NCBI GenBank assembly: GCA_964016885.1
Contig: OZ024743.1
Coordinates: forward strand, 135,594,001 to 135,658,000
DNA: 64,000 nt
Reading direction: 5' to 3'
DNA from: Eledone cirrhosa
Lineage: Eukaryota
Shown: positions 60,290 to 64,000 of the stretch, piece by piece
Position numbering within the stretch: position 1 is the stretch's first letter
How the letters are laid out: each line of letters begins with the position of its first letter
Translations under genes and position numbers: made by a program
Notes under the pieces: generated by a model
Databases searched by the model: none
Told to the model about the DNA's origin: nothing
Seen by the model: the letters and a program-made list of their open reading frames with translations, nothing else

Positions 60290-63200
60290 CTTAGTGTTTG
60301 GTGCTAGGTGCTTGGGGTTTGGTGTTTGGTGCTTGGTGCTTGGTGTTTGGTGCTTGGTGCTTGGTGCTTGGTCTTTGCTGTTTGGTGTTTAGTGCTTGGT
60401 GCTTGGTGCTTGGTGTTTGGTGCTTGGTGCTTGGTGCATTGTGATTAGTGTTTGGTGCTTGGTGCTTGGGGTTTGGTGTTTGGTGCTTGGTGCTTGGTAT
60501 TTGGTGCTTGGTACTTGGTGTTTGGTGCTTGGTGTTTGCTGTTTGCTGTTTGCTGTTTTTGGTGTTTGCTGTTTGCTGTTTGGTGTCTGCTTTTTGGTGT
60601 TTGGTGTTTGCTCTATGGTGTTTGCTGTTTCATGTTTGGTGTTTGCTGTTTGGTGTTTGGTGTTTGCTGTTTGGTGTTTGGTCTTTGGTGCTTGGTCTTT
60701 GGTGCTTGGTGTTTGGTGCTTGGTGCTTGGTGTTTGGTGTTTGGTGCTTGGTGCCTGGTGCTTGTTGTTTGGTGATTGGTGCTTGGTGTTTGCTGTTTGG
60801 TGTTTGGTGCTTGGTGTTTGCTGTTTGGTGTTTGGTGCTTGGTGCTTGGTGCTTGGTGTTTGGTGCTTGGTGCTTGGTGCCTGCTGCTTGTTGTTTGGTG
60901 ATTGGTGCTTGGTGTTTGCTGTTTGGTGTTTGGTGTTTGGTGTTTGCTGTTTGGTGTTTGGTGCTTGGTGTTTGATGCTTGGTGCTTGGTGCTTGGTGTT
61001 TGGTGTTTGGTGTTTGCTGTTTGGTGTTTGGTGCTTGGTGCTTGGTGCTTGGTGTTTGGTGATTGGTGTTTGGTGCTTGGTGCTTGATGGTTGGTGTTTG
61101 TACTTGGTGCTTGGTGCTTGGTGTTTTGTGCTTGATTCTTGGTGTTTGGTGCTAGGTGTTTGCTGCTTAGTGCTTGGTGTTTGGTGTTTGGTGCTTGGTG
61201 TTTGGTGCTTGGTGCTTGGTTCTTGGTGTTAGGTATTTCGTGCTTGGTGTTTGGTGTTTGGTGCTTCATGCTTGGTGCTTGGTGTTTGGTGCTTGGTGCT
61301 TGGTGTTTGGTGCTTGGTGCCGGGTGCATGGTGTTTGGTGCTTGATGCTTGGTGTTTGGTGTTTGGTGCTTGGTGTTTGGTGCTTGGTGCTTGGTGCTTG
61401 GTGTTAGGTGTTAGGTGTTTGATGCTTGGTGTTTGCTGTTTGGTGTTTGTTGTTTGCTGTTTGGTGTTTGGTCTTTGGTGCTTGGTCTTTGGTGCTTGGT
61501 GTTTGGTGCTTGGTGCTTGGTGTTTGGTGTTTGGTGCTTGGTGCCTGGTGCTTGTTGTTTGGTGATTGGTGCTTGGTGTTTGCTGTTTGGTGTTTGGTGT
61601 TTGTTGTTTGCTGTTTTGTGTTTGGTGCTTGGTGCTTGGTGCTTGGTGTTTGGTGCTTGGTGCTTGGTGTTTGGTGCTTGGTGCTTGATGCTTGGTGTTT
61701 GTACTTGGTGCTTGGTGCTTGATGTTTTGTGCTTGATTCTTGGTGTTTGGTGCTTGGTGTTTGGTGCTTAGTGCTTGGTGTTTGGTGTTTGGTGCTTGGT
61801 GTTTGGTGCTTGGTGCTTGGTGCTTGGTGTTTGGTGCTTGATGCTTGGTGTTTGGTGCTTGGTGCCTGATGCATGGTGTTTGGTGCTTGATGCTTGTTGT
61901 TTGGTGTTTGGTGCTTGGTGTTTGGTGCTTGGTGCTTGGTGCTTGGTGTTAGGTGTTAGGTGTTTGGTGATTTGTTCTTGGTGTTTGGTGCTTGGTGCTT
62001 GATGTTTGGTGCTTGGTGCTTGGTGTTTGGTGCTTGGTGTTTGGTGCTTGGTACTTGGGGCTTGGTGTTTGGTGCTTGGTGCTTGGTGTTTGGTGCTTGG
62101 TGTTTGGTGTTTGGTGCTTGGTGTTTGGTGCTTGGTGCTTGGTGCTGGGTGGTTGGTGTTTGGTGCTTGGTGCTTGGTGTTTGGTGCTTGGTGCTTGGTG
62201 TTTGGTGCTTGGCGGTTGGTGCTTGGTCTTTGGTGCTTGGTGATTAGTGTTTGGTGCTTGGTGCTTGGGGTTTGGTGTTTGGTGCTTGGTGCTTGGTGTT
62301 TGGTGCTTGGTGTTTGGTGCTTGGTGTTTGGTTTTTGCTGTTTGGTGTTTGGTGTTTGCTGTTTGCTGTTTGCTGTTTGTTGTCTGCTTTTTGGTGTTTG
62401 GTGTTTGCTGTATCGTGTTTGCTGTTTCGTGTTTATTGTTTGCTGTTTGGTGCTTGGTGCTTGGTGTTTGGTGTTTGGTGCTTGGTGCTTGGTGTTTGGT
62501 GCTTGGTGCTTGTTGTTTGGTGATTGGTGCTTGGTGCTTGGTGTTTGGTGTTTGGTGCTTGGGGCTTGGTGTTTGGTGCTTGGTGCTTGGTGCTTGGTGC
62601 TTGGTGTTTGGTGTTTGATGATTGGTGTTTGGTGTTTGGTGTTTGGTGCTTGGTGCTTGGTGTTTGGTGTTTGATGCTTCCTGCTTGATGCTTGGTGCTT
62701 GGTGCTTGGTGTTTGGTGCTTGGTGCTTGGTGTTTGGTGCTTGGTACTTGGTGTTTGGTTCTTGGTGTTTGCCGTTTGCTGTTTGGTGTTTGGTGTTTGC
62801 TGTTTGCTGTTTGGTGTCTGCTTTTTGGTGTTTGTTGTTTGCTCTATGGTGTTTGCTGTTTCATGTTTGGTGTTTGCTGTTTGGTGTTTGTTGTTTGGTG
62901 CTGGGTGCTTGGTGTTTGGTGCTTGGTGCTTGGTATTTGGTGCTTGGTGTTTGGTGTTTGGTGCTTGGTGCTTGGTGCTTGGTGTTTGGTGCTTGGTGCT
63001 TGGTCTTTGGTGCTTGGTGCTTAGTGTTTGGTGCTAGGTGCTTGGGGTTTGGTGTTTGGTGCTTGGTGCTTGGTGTTTGGTGCTTGGTGCTTGGTGCTTG
63101 GTCTTTGCTGTTTGGTGTTTAGTGCTTGGTGCTTGGTGCTTGGTGTTTGGTGCTTGGTGCTTGGTGCATTGTGATTAGTGTTTGGTGCTTGGTGCTTGGG

Positions 63201-64000
63201 GTTTGGTGTTTGGTGCTTGGTGCTTGGTATTTGGTGCTTGGTACTTGGTGTTTGGTGCTTGGTGTTTGCTGTTTGCTGTTTGCTGTTTTTGGTGTTTGCT
63301 GTTTGCTGTTTGGTGTCTGCTTTTTGGTGTTTGGTGTTTGCTCTATGGTGTTTGCTGTTTCATGTTTGGTGTTTGCTGTTTGGTGTTTGGTGTTTGCTGT
63401 TTGGTGTTTGGTCTTTGGTGCTTGGTCTTTGGTGCCTGGTGTTTGGTGCTTGGTGCTTGGTGTTTGGTGTTTGGTGCTTGGCGCCTGGTGCTTGTTGTTT
63501 GGTGATTGGTGCTTGGTGTTTGCTGTTTGGTGTTTGGTGTTTGGTGTTTGCTGTTTGGTGTTTGGTGCTTGGTGCTTGGTGCTTGGTGTTTGGTGCTTGG
63601 TGCTTGGTGTTTGGTGCTTGGTGCTTGGTGTTTGGTGCTTGGTGCCTGGTGCTTGTTGTTTGGTGATTGGTGCTTGGTGTTTGCTGTTTGGTGTTTGGTG
63701 TTTGGTGTTTGCTGTTCGGTGTTTGGTGCTGGGTGCTTGGTGTTTGGTGTTTGATGCATGGTGTTTGATGCTTGGTGCTTGGTGCTTGGTGTTTGGTGTT
63801 TGGTGTTTGCTGTTTGGTGTTTGGTGCTTGGTGCTTGGTGCTTGGTGTTTGGTGCTTGGTGTTTGGTGCTTGGTGCTTGATGGTTGGTGTTTGTACTTGG
63901 TGCTTGGTGCTTGGTGTTTTGTGCTTGATTCTTGGTGTTTGGTGCTAGGTGTTTGCTGCTTAGTGCTTGGTGTTTGGTGTTTGGTGCTTGGTGTTTGGTG
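60290..64000 (+). repeat. Repeat with period 2730 bp (390 heptamers), second copy cut by the window edge
   Basis: ORF pairs 60448/63178 and 60452/63182 are offset 2730. The private marker GTCTTTGCTG occurs at 60371 and 63101. Confidence 0.8.

Larger units (their letters stand above)
1..64000 (+). repeat. Heptamer tandem satellite array, consensus TTGGTG(C/T), about 9,100 monomers, extending beyond both window edges
   Basis: Every line parses as TTGGTGC/TTGGTGT units or close variants (TTGCTGT, TTGATGC, TTGGTGA, TAGGTGT, TTGTTGT, TTGGTAC). No non-repeat interruption or inversion seen. Monomer count is 64000/7. Confidence 0.99.

Noticed and set aside
1-64000. Hundreds of + strand ORFs up to 1081 aa encoding WCLV(L/F)G(A/V) heptads
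   Set aside because: 7 is coprime to 3, so all three frames give the same heptad and overlap. The A-poor strand rarely makes stops. There is no frame preference or unique domain, and shared frameshifting 6-mers run through the copies.
1-64000. CRISPR-like array with the TCTGCTTTTT core as repeat and intervening sequence as spacers
   Set aside because: The intervening sequences are the same heptamer satellite, hundreds of bp long and not unique. There is no leader or cas gene.
1-64000. Similarity to bacterial heptamer repeats such as cyanobacterial STRR elements
   Set aside because: Those form short tracts between or within genes. A gene-free array of at least 64 kb with kilobase HORs does not fit, although taxonomy cannot be proven from this window.
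1-64000. Pure sequencing or basecalling artefact
   Set aside because: Rare variants recur in exact order at fixed kilobase offsets and the register is preserved, which random error would not produce. Copy numbers of the near-identical HORs still need read validation.
1-64000. Numerical match of 21 monomers to 147 bp (nucleosome core) and 3 monomers to two helical turns
   Set aside because: This holds for any 7-mer. I could not see a 147-bp periodicity in the variant pattern.

Overview
The whole 64 kb window is one uninterrupted, single-orientation heptamer satellite with consensus TTGGTG(C/T) (minus strand (G/A)CACCAA). I see no unique sequence, credible protein-coding gene, RNA gene, transposon or CRISPR array. 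The ORF track is an artefact of a stop-poor 7-mer: WCLV(L/F)G(A/V) heptads on +, (T/A)P(S/N)TKHQ heptads on -. The real structure is hierarchical. The 7-mer has a dimorphic C/T last position. A TTGCTGT-rich island with a conserved TCTGCTTTTT core recurs, often at 0.5-0.75 kb spacing. Several higher-order repeats (HORs) and tandem duplications sit on top: 223, 587, 1210/1433, 1595, 1931 x6 with an alternating dimer pattern, about 2600 with truncated copies, and 6276 x2. Two sub-families (A and B) alternate in multi-kb domains. This architecture is most like a eukaryotic centromeric, pericentromeric or subtelomeric satellite, but organism and function cannot be determined from the sequence. Coordinates were read by eye and boundaries are approximate. 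No novel gene system is supported.
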